A stretch of 59,595 nucleotides of DNA, counting the filler, from Sphacelaria rigidula (lineage: Eukaryota): NCBI GenBank assembly GCA_964200075.2. It is 9 parts of 9 records of this genome, joined end to end, with 100 filler letters (N's around TTAATTAATTAA, not from the genome) between each part and the next. Parts side by side here need not be neighbours in the genome. Positions count along the whole stretch, not along the records: positions 13,267 to 19,799 come from CAXNAA020019508.1; positions 19,900 to 26,432 come from CAXNAA020019509.1; positions 26,533 to 33,065 come from CAXNAA020019510.1; 6 more parts are not named here. One strand, 5' to 3'. The notes under the pieces are model-generated. The model had not been told where the DNA came from and ran no database searches. It worked only from the letters and a program-made list of their open reading frames with translations. Both the position numbers and the translations under genes were made by a program. Shown here piece by piece: positions 13,609-26,734 of the stretch (positions within the stretch are counted from its first letter, which is position 1; the number at the start of each line of letters is the position of its first letter).

Positions 13609-13935
13609 TAGCCCCCCCAAAAAAATAGCTTGCTCCGTCTCGAAAGGGATGCGTGGTCAATGGTCGAACTACCATGGCAAATAACAAATGAGTACGCCCC
13701 CAAAATCAGCCCAAACGTGTCACGAAAGAAAATGGTCATACAGCGCCCGATCTTTAGTTTTAGGCTGCATGAAGTGCCTCATATAGGCGACATTGACGAA
13801 AATCAACCCAAGCGTGGGAATTCCCAACTGCTCGTTGTGCTCGGCTTCTTTCATTTTGATTCACGTGTAGATTTTTCATCCCCAAACCAGCCACGTTTGT
13901 GGCGGACATGGAGACCAAAAGGGTGGGGGATGCTA
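13609..13935. mobile_element. Unclassified non-autonomous repeat inserted into the Copia element; homologous to 53150-53560
   Basis: It interrupts the Copia IN-RT linker. The shared blocks GACATTGACGAAAA..CCCAAGCGTG..TTCCCAACTGCTCG..GTAGATTTT..AACCAGCCAC recur at 53443-53540. Confidence 0.7.
13630..13696 (+). mobile_element. 3'-terminal fragment of the C-run-targeting LINE (subfamily A)
   Basis: TGCTCCGTCTCGAAAGGGATGCGTGGTCAATGG...AACAAATGAGTACG, flanked by an imperfect TSD CCCCCCCAAAAAAATAGC / CCCCCAAAATCAGC. Confidence 0.8.
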
Positions 13936-15603
13936 TGACCAAAGAAGCAGCAGCCATCGTCACACTACCAAACGCGCTACCAGAGGAACCAACAACACTG
14001 GGACAGGTACAAACATTCCCAGAATGGACCCAGTGGCGACGAGCCTCGCGACGTGAGATGGAGGGACAACTCTCTCGCGGGGTTTGGGAAACGGTAGACC
14101 GCCCCAAAGGCAAGACGGTTCTTGGCACGAGACTCGTCTTCAGGTCGAAGATCCACAAGGACGGGTAAAGCGAGAAGTACAAGTGCCGATTTGTCTCCCA
14201 AGGTTTTTGCCAGATACCCGGTATTCACTACCAGGAGTCCTCCTCTCCCATACCGGCGCAGTCCAGCATCCGGATGACGCTTGCGCTCATGGCAACACAA
14301 AAGTGGGAAGAACGCCAACTAGATGTAGACATGGCCACCTCGAGGCGAATATCGAGGAAGATATCTATATTGAACTACCCGACGGATACCGTCAGACCAA
14401 GAATCGAGTGGGACGACTCAACAAGGCTATTTACGGCCTGGTGCACGCTGGACTACTGTGGTCGAAGACGTTTGGCCAAGAAGTGCTCCGCAAGGGTTTC
14501 GAGAGATCGCAAGCCGGCCTCTACGTCTACCACAAGAAGCGAGAAGGCCGCGTGATAGTCATCATAGTCGTCTCCGTGGACGACCTTCTCCTGGTCAGCG
14601 CCACGAAGGAGGACGAAGAAAGAGCACTCGAAGATCTGCAATAGAGTTTCCCAATCAAGGACCTGGGGGAAATCTCATTCTACCTCGAGTGCCAAGTCTC
14701 TAGGGACGGCAAGGTTATAACGATGATTGTTGGCCAACGCCAGTACGCGAAGAAAGTGATCGAGCGCTCCAAGGTCGTCAAAACGAGCAAGATTCCGGTC
14801 GCTACTGGAGCAGCTGCACTCTCAAAGACAGACGGACCAGGAAACAAAGACGAGGTGAACGAAATGCGGGGTATCCCCTACCGAGAGGCGGTGGGAGCAC
14901 TGATGTGGATTGCCACCATGACAAGGCCCGATCTATCCTTCGCAGCACACAACGTCGCCAAGTTCAGCCATAACCCGGGACCGGCACCCTGGAAAGCCGG
15001 TATGAAGGTCATGCAGCACCTGAAGCGCACCACACACTGCGGGATCGTGTACGGAGGAACGTCCAGAAACGACTCCAAGCTTTCCGATTGAGTCAACGCA
15101 GACCATACGACCTGCCAGGATATCCGGCGCTCGGTGTCAGGAGCAGCGTTCATGCTGGTCGGAGGCGCCATCAGCTGGCTCTCCCGGGCACAGAAGCTCC
15201 CCGTTTCGGCTACGTCAGAGTCGGAGTACATCGTGCTCGCAGAAACAACCAACGAGCTGCGCTTCCTCAGACAAGCAAAATATTTCATGGCACCGCCCGC
15301 TGACACCAGGATCCCTCTTCACAAGGACAATCCCGGCGCTATGAGAATGGCAAACAACCAGTTCAGCAGTAGACGGAGAAGGCACATCGACATCAAACAC
15401 CACGTCGTTAGGGACGCCGTCGACAGCGGCATCACCCGTGCGGAACACGTGAACTCAGGAGAGCAACACGGGAACACCCTCACCAAAGCATTGCACGCGA
15501 AGACTTTAGAGAGACGTGCTCTTTTCTGACGAACGGTTCTTAGGATTCCGAAACTCCAGAGAGTATTTACTGGAGCGTGTCCGAATAGTTGAGGAGGCAG
15601 GGG

Positions 15604-15720
15604 TGTTGAGGAATACGTAGTAAACCCTGTACTCCGCCAATTAGGTAGATTCACCGGTAGGCACAGTTTGTGAAGTACCCTCCAGGAATAAAAGTTATTC
15701 GAGAAAAAGATACTTCAAGA
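15604..15720 (+). repeat. Copia 3' LTR (117 bp)
   Basis: Begins TGTTGA right after the PPT and ends TCAAGA (probably a mutated TCAACA). Contains AATAAA. Confidence 0.7.
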
Positions 15721-18700
15721 CTAGCACGGGTTATTTTCCTAGCGAGCGGGTGATTAGCACGGGTGATTTCCTTAGCAGGCGGGTGATCAGCACGGCTGGT
15801 TTCCCTAGCGATTTTCTAGACGTCGAGCGATAGGAAGAGTGAGGCAGGCAAACCAGCCCCCCTTTGCTCACTTCCTTCCGACTTCCTTCCGACAGCTAAC
15901 CTACTGCTGTCCACTTGCCTGGTCGCGTGAACTTGTCGGTGGATGCTTTTCAGGAAGCTGGGGGGCAGGTGACCGAGGAGCGGGATGCGGCGGTGGAACG
16001 CTCAGTAGAGTGCGGCGTGGATATGTTCATGGACCCGCCGGAAGCGGAGGCCGCTCGGAAGGTCGCGCTGGATGAGAGCGTGACGGATGCTGTGGCGAAA
16101 GGCCTCAGACCCCCAAAGCGGCACGCCTGCGCGGCATCTTGCATCGCCGCGTCAACGCGTTTCGTCGTGCGCTGCGGGGTGATCCCCCTGCGCGCGTGGA
16201 GCCCATGCGTGTTAAGCTGAGACCTGGGGCATCCGCGGTGAAGGGGAAGCCGCGGCGGTACAATCCGGTGAAGTGGAGCTGGTTGACATCGTCTACGGCG
16301 GCTCTTTTGGTGCTTGAGTGGGTAGTCCGGAACCTGCAGGCAGTATGGTCCGGTCCGGGGATGGCAGTTCCCAAGAAAGACTCGTTTTACCTGGTGAGGG
16401 ACTACAAGGCCGTAAATGATTACGTTGAGAAGTCGCCGGGTGTGATTCCCAACCAAGAGTCGGAAATGCGTGATCTCTTGAGTGCTCGTTTTTTTGGCAA
16501 GTTGGACCTCCTCCAAGGTTATTATCAGATACCGTTGGCGGAGGAGGCGCAGGAAAGTTTCACAGTCACAACCCCGTTTAGGCTTGTTCACCTCGAAGCG
16601 AGTGTAGCAAGGCGTGTTGAACGCCATGGCATATTTTCAAGGTATCATGACAGAACTGCTTGTCGGCTTGAAATCCAAGATATGGGTAGATAATGATTTG
16701 TTTTTCGCGGACACGGAAGACGAACTTTTAGACACGCTTGATGCTATCTTGGCCCCCTTAGAGAATGTTGGTTTGTTTGCGGCGGCGCACAAATGCACTT
16801 TCTTCGCTAGTGAACTCGTATGGTGTAAGGAATGTACTCACACGGACGCGCATCTCATGACCCTGTCAGAATACACAGCTTGTCTGACATGCGGCGCCCG
16901 GAGATGGCCGCGGAACTCATGCAATTCCTGCAGGCCGTGAATTGACTGCGTACTTCGTTGCCGCGTATGGCAGAAACTGTAGCTCCCCTGCGGTTTTTCC
17001 TCGAATAACTCATGGGGGGTGCTGCGAGGCGGACGAAGCGTGTAGCACAAAACCGCGCTATTCCGCCTGCATCGTGGACGGAGGGCAGGTTGCAGGCGTG
17101 GGCGGCAGCAAAGGATCTGGTAGCTCACGCCGTTGCGCTGTTTCATCCTCGTCCTGATCGCTAGGTGCTAATGTTTCCGGATGCATCTGAGTGCCATTGG
17201 GTTAGTTTTGTTACGCAGGTGCCTAAAGCGGAAATGCAAAGACGCCTGCCGGTTGAGGACATGACGCATGAACCGCTGGCTTTCCTCAGTGGTGATTTTA
17301 AGAGTTCGCAGTTGCGTTGGGACACAAGTGATAAGGAAGGTTTTGCTATCGTAAGCACTTTTCGTCGTTTGGAGCATCTTTTGTGGGATGGTGTGCACAT
17401 TTTCACGAATCACCGAAATCTCGTGTATATTTTCAACCCGAAAGCGTGCGTTACTTCTGTGTCGAAAACATTGGCAAAGCGTTTGGAGAGTTGAAAAGCT
17501 GTTCTTGGCCAGTACCGTTACTCGGTTTGCCATATCTCGGGTGACCGTAACGCGTGGGGTGACTTGCTTTCGCGTTGGGTGAATATTCCGGCTTGCCTGT
17601 GCGCGCTGTGGCTGTGTATGGTCCGTGTGAACCTGATGACTCGATGCCATCCAAATCAGCTGTCCGACAAGCGCAACGAAAAGACCTTGGGGCCGAACAT
17701 GCGGATGTGCAATCTTTTGAGTCGGACGTTGATACTGCTATCTTGGACAATGAAGATCTGTTTCGTGTGCATGTGCGTGGCCGAAACGTTTTGTGGATTC
17801 CGAGTTCTGGCAAGGAGTTGCAGGTACGTCTGATCATTTGCGCGCACATGCGCGACGCCGGGCATCGTGGTGTGGCTGCGACGCTCGTGCGCTTGCAAGA
17901 GTTTTGTGTCTGGCAGGGGATAGAAACTCATGTGCGCGAATTCGTACGCCAGTGCCTTCACTGTGTTGGCTCGAGGGCGGGCGATCTTGTTCTCCGCCCG
18001 CTCGGCGAAACGGTCCATGGGACCACGCCGAATGAGGTCGTTCGTTTTGATTTCTTGTACGTGGGCCAGAGTGGCCCGCTAGCTTCCCAAGGTTTGTCGG
18101 AGGATGCTGGGTTTCGATACATTTTGGTAATCATGGATGATTTGAGTAACTTTGTGGCTTTGGAACCAGTAGCAGTGTGTACTGCTGAATCGACCGCTGC
18201 ATCTTTTCTGAATTGGTGCAGACCTTTGGGGGTGCCGCAGGTGTAGGTGAGTGATACCGCCACGCGTTTCAAGAATGCGATCTTGGCCCGATTGCGAGAG
18301 ACTTTGCGCGTTGATCACCAGTTTGCGGTAGCGTATTCTCCGTGCTCTAACGGTACGTGCAAGGAAGTAGTTCGTACTCTTTGCTCTATTCTTCTCGAGC
18401 AGCGTCGAGCGGTTTTCCGAGTGAGTGGACGTGTTGCCCGCGGTGCAATGGGTGCTCAATACAGCGCATCGTCGTCTTTACGATAGTATGCCCTACCCTG
18501 TGATGTTTGGTCATGCCCCTCGGACGTCTTTCTCGGTGTTGGAGTCTTCGTCGGCAGGGGAATGGAAGTGTGATGTACTGGACGACGTTCAAACTAAGAG
18601 TGCATTGCAAGGAGTCTTGGACTTGCAAGAACGTTCCACGTTTAAGTGCAGGAACGTGTTGCTGCTGAACGTGCGCGTAGACGTGAGGGGTCCTCGTCGG

Positions 18701-19507
18701 GGCTGGAATTACCGAACTTTGAGGTAGGCAACTATGTCTTGTATGCGTGCGTGCGCCGTCCGGGTGTTACGCCCAAGTTGATGGTGACGTGGACTGGTCC
18801 AGGGAGAGTGGTTGGGGCTCACCACCCGCACGTGTTTGCGATTCAGAACATTGTTTCGGGTCGTGTTCAGACCGCCCATATAGCTCGTTTGCGTTTTTGT
18901 GCAGACTCGCAGCTTAATGTTACGGCTGACGTCGGACTTGTTCCATTATGCTTTCAATCAGGGGCAATTTCAGATGGCTGATATTGTCCGAGTGGCAGAA
19001 GCAGATGATCGTTCGTTGATCGTGTTGGTCGACTGGGTTGGTTTCGAAGTTGAGGAGCGCACGTGGGAGCCTTTCAAGGACATTTTTGACGCCGCTCCCG
19101 AATTTCTTACGGAGGAGTTGCGTAAATTGCGCATGACTCCTGCCTTTGCTGCTCATAATACGAGTGAGTTTGGTATTCAATTATGACCTACTCATCGTTT
19201 TGTCGTTTTCCATGTGTCAAGCTTGTTGATCGATTTTTGTCCAACGCGCTTTGGGGGTGCTGTGACGAAAATATGCCGTTACGTTGACTTGGTTGTGATG
19301 ATAAGGATAATAACCGTTGGTAGTGATGATCTGGATAATGACCGGGGACACTAGGTTGATACCCTGGCGTGTCAACGTGGGTGCCTTGGAAGGCGCTCCT
19401 GAATAATGAGAATGTTGTAAAGGCTGATAACTGAAACTGAGGCCAGTAAGACCAGGGAGTCCCTCAACAGAAGTGATTCAGCAGTTCTTCCCCTGGCTTG
19501 CGTCACA
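15721..19507 (+). mobile_element. Ty3/Gypsy LTR retrotransposon with a C-terminal chromodomain (RT, RNase H, integrase, chromo, PPT, 3' LTR); pseudogenised
   Basis: DYKAVN..KLDLLQGYYQIPL, IWVDNDLF, FPDASE..PLAFLSG..DKEGFAIV..FTNHRNL, HMRDAGH..CLHC (integrase HHCC), FDFLY..MDDLS, SDTATRF, TWTGP, and the chromodomain VLVDWVGFEVEERTWEP. Confidence 0.95.
19261..19507 (+). repeat. Gypsy 3' LTR (247 bp)
   Basis: TGTGACG...CGTCACA inverted termini, preceded by the G-rich tract TTGGGGGTGC. Confidence 0.85.
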
Positions 19508-19763
19508 GCCCCCAAAAAGGTGATGTCGCTTGGGTTGCCGCATCTTGACTGATGATATAATCGCGTCTTGTCTGTGGCGGCGACCAATGCAAAGATCGGT
19601 CTCTTTCTGCCTCTTCTTTAGGACAGGATGTGGCTTTGTGCGCCACTCAACACTTCGTCGAAGGGCAGAGCGATGTTCCTGTCACCGCTACTCTTCTCAC
19701 ATAAACACACACGTGCGAGAAAGGACGGTTGCGCCAAGATCCAATCCCATGTCGGGGGGGGGG

Positions 19764-19799
19764 CGTACTCATTTGTTGCTTGCCTTAGTCGCTCGACCA
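19764..19799 (-). mobile_element. 3' end of the C-run-targeting LINE at a contig end
   Basis: G10-CGTACTCATTTGTTGCTTGCCTTAGTCGCTCGACCA. Confidence 0.8.
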
Positions 19800-20074
19800 N
19801 NNNNNNNNNNNNNNNNNNNNNNNNNNNNNNNNNNNNNNNNNNNTTAATTAATTAANNNNNNNNNNNNNNNNNNNNNNNNNNNNNNNNNNNNNNNNNNNNT
19901 AACCCTGCAGTTACATACGCGGATTTTCAGCAACACTTCAGTGTTTCGTTTAGACGCCAGACACGTCATTCCTCACCAGCTTCATTGGTCGTTCGGAGGC
20001 CAGGTCCCAAAAGGGTTAACGTTCAACACACCCCAAAAAGACGTTTTCATACTAAAACCAAGCAGTTAGGAGTT

Positions 20075-20430
20075 TTCACTTTTCAAGCTCACGTCATCGC
20101 ACAAATGCGCAAAACTTCACGCCGTTTTCAGCGGTTAGACCCTGAAACTTGGTACAAATGTGCTATGGGTAATTACGCAACTTTCGATGGAAGAGTGTTT
20201 TTTACTCTTGGACTTCTCTGCCGTTTTTTGGGTGTCCAACGGAATTCAAGTTTCCCCCAAAACCTTGGGACCCCTAAAAAACAGTGAAATAATTAAAAAG
20301 GTAAAAAAAAACTCGACCTTCAAAAGTTGCGCAATAACTCATAGCAAAATTGTGCAATTTGTTTAGGGTGTAACTCCTAAAAACGGCGTGAAGCTTTGCG
20401 GATGAGGGTTTATTAGTTGAAAAGCGTGAA
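20075..20430. mobile_element. Old foldback/MITE-like long inverted repeat
   Basis: The arm CGCAAAACTTCACGCCGTTTT..CCCTGAA..TGCTATGGGT..CGCAACTTT pairs with AAAAGTTGCG..ACTCATAGCA..TTTAGGG..AAAAACGGCGTGAAGCTTTGCG. Confidence 0.7.
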
Positions 20431-21092
20431 CCAGTCTGTATTTCATCCCCTTGCTGATTCGCCGTCAGTGGCCACCAACTATCTCCTATAATAGTATGGC
20501 GGTCGTTTTCTCGCTACCGTCTAATGTATAAAACGATTTCATGCCACCTCCGTTTAGTTTCCACATTTCCCTCTCCATCACGTGCCGTTTCTCCCTGTTT
20601 ACTGTACCTGATTTTTGTCAAACCACAACGCTATCCCTCACCCAAATCCCAACCTGAAGGAAACCGAGAAATCTCGAGCAAGGTAGGTACACAAGGTGCT
20701 CTAGGTGAAGTGTGATCCGCGTTGACTCAAATCGACGCCATTGAAACCGACCTGAGCCAAATCGCGTGCTGCGCACGCGTGCTCACCCTGGGCAAGTCTG
20801 GGACTGTGAGCCAAGCCCTGTGAAGATTCGAATATGATGGTCTAGACTATATCCGAGTATATCTTCAATCAGTTCTTATTTCGCCGAACTCGGGTAAACT
20901 CTACTGCCTTGAGAGTAAACTTTGCTGATATGATGTGGCTTCAGGGAAGATCACTCAGTGCCTCGTTGAAGAAACTTGCAGTGAGCAGAAACATGATGAA
21001 GGAGGTTGTTAGTTCGCAGTACTAGTGCTCGCTGCACAACAGATGACAACAACGCTGACCGAGGTGGGAAGGGGGCAACAGGGGCGACTCAC

Positions 21093-21240
21093 CCTTGCTA
21101 TGATGTTCCACAATCTGGATAAGTATCCCGCAAAGATTCTGTCGAATATAGCATCAACATACCCCAAACTGGCAGATAGAGAGGACGCTTGACCAAATAG
21201 GAAGCCGACGTGAAGTTGTTCTTTCGAAAGACTGGTTCCT
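21093..21240 (-). CDS. Possible isolated host exon, product unknown
   Basis: Open frame ...KEQLHVGFLFGQASSLSASLGYVDAIFDRIFAGYLSRLWNIIAR ends at a strong |GTGAGT donor. The acceptor is uncertain. Confidence 0.3.
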
Positions 21241-21722
21241 TGGGACGTGTCTCACTGAGAGAAGAATTTTGATCCAAGTTTTGCCTTTGAACATGGTCGC
21301 GACTGTTCAGAACCCCATCATCAACAGAAATCACGCACCATTCGGGAAATTAGAGCGTGGCGTTTTGACAACACGCGAACAGACCAACGCGTCACACGCC
21401 CAAAAATAACCGTGCACCTCTGGTGTGTGCCTCAGTGCTCATTATGAGCCGAACGCCCCACCTACGGCAATCAATGTACGTTGCGTTCCGCGTCCTTCAC
21501 GGGTTGTTCCTCTGTGTTCAAAACAGTTAATTCCATGATGATTATTTTGTTTGAGCACTGTTTGAAAGGGCGTTGAGTATGTGGCATCAGCCTTTAATGA
21601 AGCAGAACGATAACGAACGCGAACAGTCACAACCATGAACATAATCAGAGCTCTTCCTTCAAAACACCCCTCTCGTTAAAACAGACGGGACCCTTATGCC
21701 ATTCTTGATCGTTCCGTCGATC

Positions 21723-21783
21723 CAACCCCAACCCCAACCCCAACCCTAACCATAACCCTAACCCTAACCCTAGCCCTAGCCCC
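21723..21783. repeat. Interstitial telomere-like (CCCTAA/CCCCAA/CCCTAG)n tract
   Basis: About ten hexamer units. A shorter (TAGGGT)n tract lies at about 49963-49977. Confidence 0.8.
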
Positions 21784-22943
21784 AGCAAACGGTAGATCAT
21801 GACCCCTCGGGCGCCTGGTAGTGTATTACTAGAGACAGCCATGGTGCCAAAGAATGTGTTTGATGTAATCACGTCGTTAATATGACGTCATCATGACGCG
21901 ACTTTGTTCGTTCTGAGCCAATGACATGCAAGTTTTACATGGTGAAGTCTGCTGTAAAATGCTACATGTGTGCCAAGACCAACTACTGTACGCCGTGCCC
22001 CACCGGCCGGCACCACTTTGCTGTATCAGCCGACAAACATACTCAGCTCTTGTGTCCAAAACTTCAATTCGTCACAATGAATATCAATTGTCATACTTCA
22101 AGTGATCGAGCCGTTCTCGAGAAAACAAATTGAGCTGCAAAGCATAGGAAAAAGTAAAATATTCGTGGAGTAAGAGACCAGTCTGTTCTTGAGGCGCGCG
22201 CGCGGAAAGTGTATCCACGAACCTACTCGCTTGATTCGAGTAGTAGATGATTCAGACAAAAGCTCTCAACTATTGAATCACGTGTCACGTATATACACTG
22301 GTTAATGGTGTCCGGTGAATCGATCGAACGCTATTGTATATGAACGTCAAATGATTCAAAATAGTGGCGCCGTTACGACTAGTCGATCTGCCCGCAAGAC
22401 GAATCCGATAAACTGACCTGAAAGACCGGCGAATGATGGGTAGGTTCAACATTTGCACCAGCGGGAAGCTCTGAGCCGGAACCTTTGTTTAAGCCGCTAC
22501 ACAAGGTCCTCCTACTCAGAGTCGATTCGCTAAGAAATCTACATCGTCGTGAATCATGACCTTTCGTTCCGCAAGAAAGCCTTGGTATCTCATTTCACGA
22601 ACGTCTTGGCAATTTACTACTAATTAGAACAAAATACAGAAGGTTGAGCAGCCTACTTTCCGTTTGGACCGTCCGCTGTGATGGACCAGGTAACGATACC
22701 AAACCCACAACCCAGGAGTCACTGACGTTACCCTGACAGCCACAAGGCATTGGTATCGTTCGGAATTCGTATGTAGCTTAATGCACATACTAAATTATCA
22801 TAGCTTTTGACACGACACTGTTACAAAGTAGTGCAAGGACACGGGGTGCCAGATATTGGAAGATAGCTTTATGCCAATCGGAGTACACACCATATGCTGA
22901 TGGAAACCCAGCGATCGAATGGACTTACCTCTCCCCACCCCCG

Positions 22944-23050
<107 letters not shown>

Positions 23051-24861
23051 CTATCGACGTTAGGGGGCTTGGCGGCCCTTGGTGTTCATTCTCAAAGTCA
23101 ACGGGCAACCTCGTGTCGTAGCACGTGTACCAACACACGCTCCGTTTCATTGCAATGCATGGTCATTATACAAACCCACACATGAAGTTGTTAACTATAG
23201 GCGGTCTGATGTGAGGATGCTGGTTTGTGGTGCAACGCGTGCTTCCCTGCCCCCTGCGTATTTCTAGGCGGTAGCGATACATTCTCATGCCTGTGCAATG
23301 TGAGCGCAATGCTCGATATACCCATCAATATAGCGGATGTGCTCTCACCAACTACCCTGAACGGGAATACAAATGCAGATGAGCGTTGCTGTATCGCCAC
23401 TCAGTAGTTTGCGCCTTGTTTAGCTCGTTTTTGTCTACGAGACTTGGGTCAATCTGCCCCCTTCCTTGGGACGAGCCCGTGATCTAGAGATATTAACCCA
23501 TCTCTCCCCTGGTACACGCCTTGCATTCTGGTATCGCGGATTGACTGGATCATGATTATTATCAACACTGCCGCACCGCGTCAACTGTCGTTAATAGACT
23601 CATCGGCACTCGTGTCCTCATGCCTCAACGATGGAACCAGATGCTGTCTAGAGGAGAACCTAAATGCATCTGCCAGGAATCAAACTCTCATTCTTCCCAC
23701 CTGATGCATTTCAGTTGTCCGTCCCATTATGCCACCGGGACACGGCTGCGTCGAGATAATGTTACAGTTTAGCTGGAGAAGGACATGCTCCCGAAATATA
23801 CGGTAGGGAAATTTCAACGGTGATCCCCATGCCTGAACCCTAAACTAGATAAGGTACGCGCAAAGAATATAGAAAATGCTCCCAGGCTATGAAGAGGTAT
23901 CGACAAGTTTTTTTCTTATAACAAGAAGGGTCTTCATGACCACGCTCCGAATGCGGTGACCTTGTCCCTCTCCTTCTTCTTGGCCTTGTACCTCACGTAA
24001 CAAAACAGCGAGGAGATTTCATGAGCGGTCAGCGTCTTATATCTTTGCATGTGTGTCATCAGGCTGTCAATGACGTAGGTGGACGCCGTGTGATAAGCCC
24101 CTATTCTTTATCATTGGATACGTCCGGTTGGCCGACACAAATGTGCAGGACGTGGAACAACAGGGACATGGTGGGCGCCTTCCTCCCAAAAATGTCATCA
24201 GCAGTAACAGAAACAACTTTTCCTCTTGTGACACCAACATCGGCCACGAATCACACGAGTTGGAGAATTCACCAGCACCCAACAGGAGACGAGAGACATC
24301 CCCCACCGAGCATGCACCCTTAACAGGGGATGCTCCCGCCAACTTACTCTCGAGACCTTTTGCTCAGGGAGTTGCATCGTTGGAAGCGTCGTCGCCCGAT
24401 TCCACGGAGCCTGTTCCAAGCGAACTGCGAAGCGCGCAGCACCACAGTGGTCGACCCGGGAATATTGGCGGTGATAGGTGCGACGATTCCCTGTCATACG
24501 GACTTGGTTGGCGAGCGACATAGTCCGTTGTTCATGGCAAGTCAAGAGAAGTAATCTGCATGACGTCGTCCATATTTCTGAAAATCTATCCTTGAGACTC
24601 CCGCGGCGTGCAAGTTTGTCGAACGGTTATCACTCCACGCAGCAGTCGGTACCGGCACCGTCTGCCACGCCTGGGCGAACGCGATGGCATCCTGAGCAAA
24701 ATATGAGAGTTCTGATTGGCGAAACTTTAACTCGGAAAAAGCTTGGTTCCCCTCTAGACTTTGGTCACTCTAACGTTCGTTCAACAATGAGCGCGCAAGG
24801 ATTGAGTACTTTGTGCTCTACTACCGACGTTATTTACTGTTTGCGTGGGATCATCTCCAGC

Positions 24862-24968
24862 TGATTGACTCGATTGATTGATTGATTGATTGATTGCTCC
24901 GCATTAACTCATCCCCGACGAATCTAGCCATGGTTGCAGAACATTGTACACGTCCGGTACCCAAGGTA
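24862..24968 (-). mobile_element. Diverged 3' end of the RTE LINE with an (ATCA)n tail
   Basis: The reverse complement CTTGGGTAC...ACCATGGCTAGA..GGGGATGAGTTAATGCG..CAATCAATCAATC matches the RTE 3' end. Confidence 0.6.
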
Positions 24969-25084
24969 TACAAAACTTAAACACTTGCGAAAGGAAACTC
25001 GTGAAGGGGGAAGGCGAAGAACGATGAAAGTCACCCGATAAACTGAACAACCAGTTCTCAAAAGAATTATCCGCTTTGTTCCAG

Positions 25085-26028
25085 GCATGAAGGCGACGAA
25101 GAAGCCTACGTTCGCGACACACGGGAAGGAATCACAGCGGACAGCAGACGTACTGCGGCGGATGGAATGCCTTTTCGTCGGAAACCCAGTTCTCTTCCTG
25201 AGATGCCACCGCAAGATCCGGATCAAGGGCTAGACGGGCCAGGACCACGCCGGAAGGACGATGAATTGCCTGAACGCACCAACCAGAGCGGCACTCTCGA
25301 GGAAAATGACCACACCGTTTGCAGGGAGGGTCATAGTGCACCCAGTGACGGCAACGCAATCGACCGCGGCGAGAATGAACAAATCGGCTGCAGTCATGAG
25401 GGCGTTCAAGAAAAAGGAATCCACATCCCCCCATCAACGATAGCAGCGGAACCTTCAGTTGCGGAGTCATCAGATCGTACGGAAGCCACCAGAAAGAAAT
25501 CTTCTCTCGATGGCGGTAGAAAAGCTGAAAGGTCTGCCGTTGAAGCCGAATCGTGTTCATCTCGCAACCTTTTCGACGATGGCTCAACTCATACCCAGCA
25601 CGTCCCACAGGAAGCAGCGGACGGATCTCCAGACAGACGCAGCAGTGGCAATTCGAGAAGGGAGAAGTTGGAAGGTATTCCAACGAGCATTGGTAGGAAA
25701 AAGGATACCGAACAGAACGGCGAAAACGACAGCACGTCCATAGAACATATGAACTGTGATCAACGGCGGGGCTCCGGCGGTGGAAAAAGATATTCTGAAA
25801 GTAGCGATGGACGCCCAGGTTCCGAAAATCAGCAGATGGCAGGAAAAGGACACGCGTCGTTCGAAGACACTGCCGAGAGACTTGACCTGACGCCGGAAGA
25901 CCGCCAACCGCAACGGAGGAGTCGGGACGGTTCTGTACATGCCGGCGATATCCATGCCACTTTGACTCAGTCACTCGTCGGGCGGGACAACCTACTGGAT
26001 CCCGATACCAACAGCAACATTAAACTAG
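25085..26028 (+). CDS. Large low-complexity exon (charged, Ser/Gly/Asp/Glu-rich) of an unknown host gene
   Basis: Open frame of more than 310 codons (HEGDEEAYVRD...SNIKL), with acceptor TTTGTTCCAG| and donor |GTGAAT. Confidence 0.6.
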
Positions 26029-26364
26029 GTGAATCATACATTCTGTAGGACTCGTCAGTTGATCAACAAGCCCTTTTGAGTTTCCTGCTTTTCCGGATTC
26101 CATCAGATGCTACCTAAACGCTGATACTGTACTGGCTATGCTCTGTAAGTCTGGGTGGTTATGTTGGTACGGGTCCTTCACCGTGTCCGATTTGATTTTG
26201 TCTTTTTGTCGCGTTCTTTGGCGTTTTGTTTTGGCAAAATTCAAATATCGTGTAAAATGCTAGTTCGTGCTTGAGCCATGCGGCCGAATGGCCGCTAAAC
26301 AATCAGTCCGCCCGAAATGGCCGTATTTCGCCCCTTATCCGAGGGCAAGGCCTTCCCCCCCCCC

Positions 26365-26432
26365 GATAGGGATGAAAGCATATTTGCAAGGCCCAATGGA
26401 CGCTGCGAAAAATATGAAATTGCGATTTCGGG
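26365..26432 (+). mobile_element. 5'-truncation junction of the C-run-targeting LINE, running into the contig end
   Basis: C10 is followed directly by IGMKAYLQGPMDAAKNMKLRFR, homologous to TYLHGAMD..KLKL*FR in the 55175-55900 copy. Confidence 0.75.
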
Positions 26433-26734
26433 NNNNNNNNNNNNNNNNNNNNNNNNNNNNNNNNNNNNNNNNNNNNTTAATTAATTAANNNNNNNNNNNN
26501 NNNNNNNNNNNNNNNNNNNNNNNNNNNNNNNNGGTTCGTTCTAGCCAATGTCGTCAATATGAGGCGCTCCATGCAGCCTGAACCCAAACATTAGGCGCTG
26601 TATGGCTATGTTTTTCGTGACATTTTGAGCTGGTTTTGATGTGGGGCTATCGTAGAAAGTGTCGCCAAATGCGGGATGTACTGCTGGCCCAGCTCGTACG
26701 AAACAGAACGAGCATTTTCAGGTGAGTGCTGCAT

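Larger units (their letters stand above)
13331..15720 (+). mobile_element. Ty1/Copia LTR retrotransposon, 3' part (RT, RNase H, PPT, 3' LTR); pseudogenised
   Basis: EPTTL..W..EM..GVWETVDRPKGKTVLGTRLVF, IYIELPDGY..LNKAIYGL, VSVDDLL, PYREAVGALMW..TRPDL, GGAISWLSR..SESEY, HIDIKHH. Purine tract GAGGAGGCAGGGG directly before the LTR. Confidence 0.93.

Noticed and set aside
15721..15810. ~33-bp repeats as a possible CRISPR-like array
   Set aside because: They are contiguous degenerate tandem units without unique spacers, inside a Gypsy element in eukaryotic DNA.
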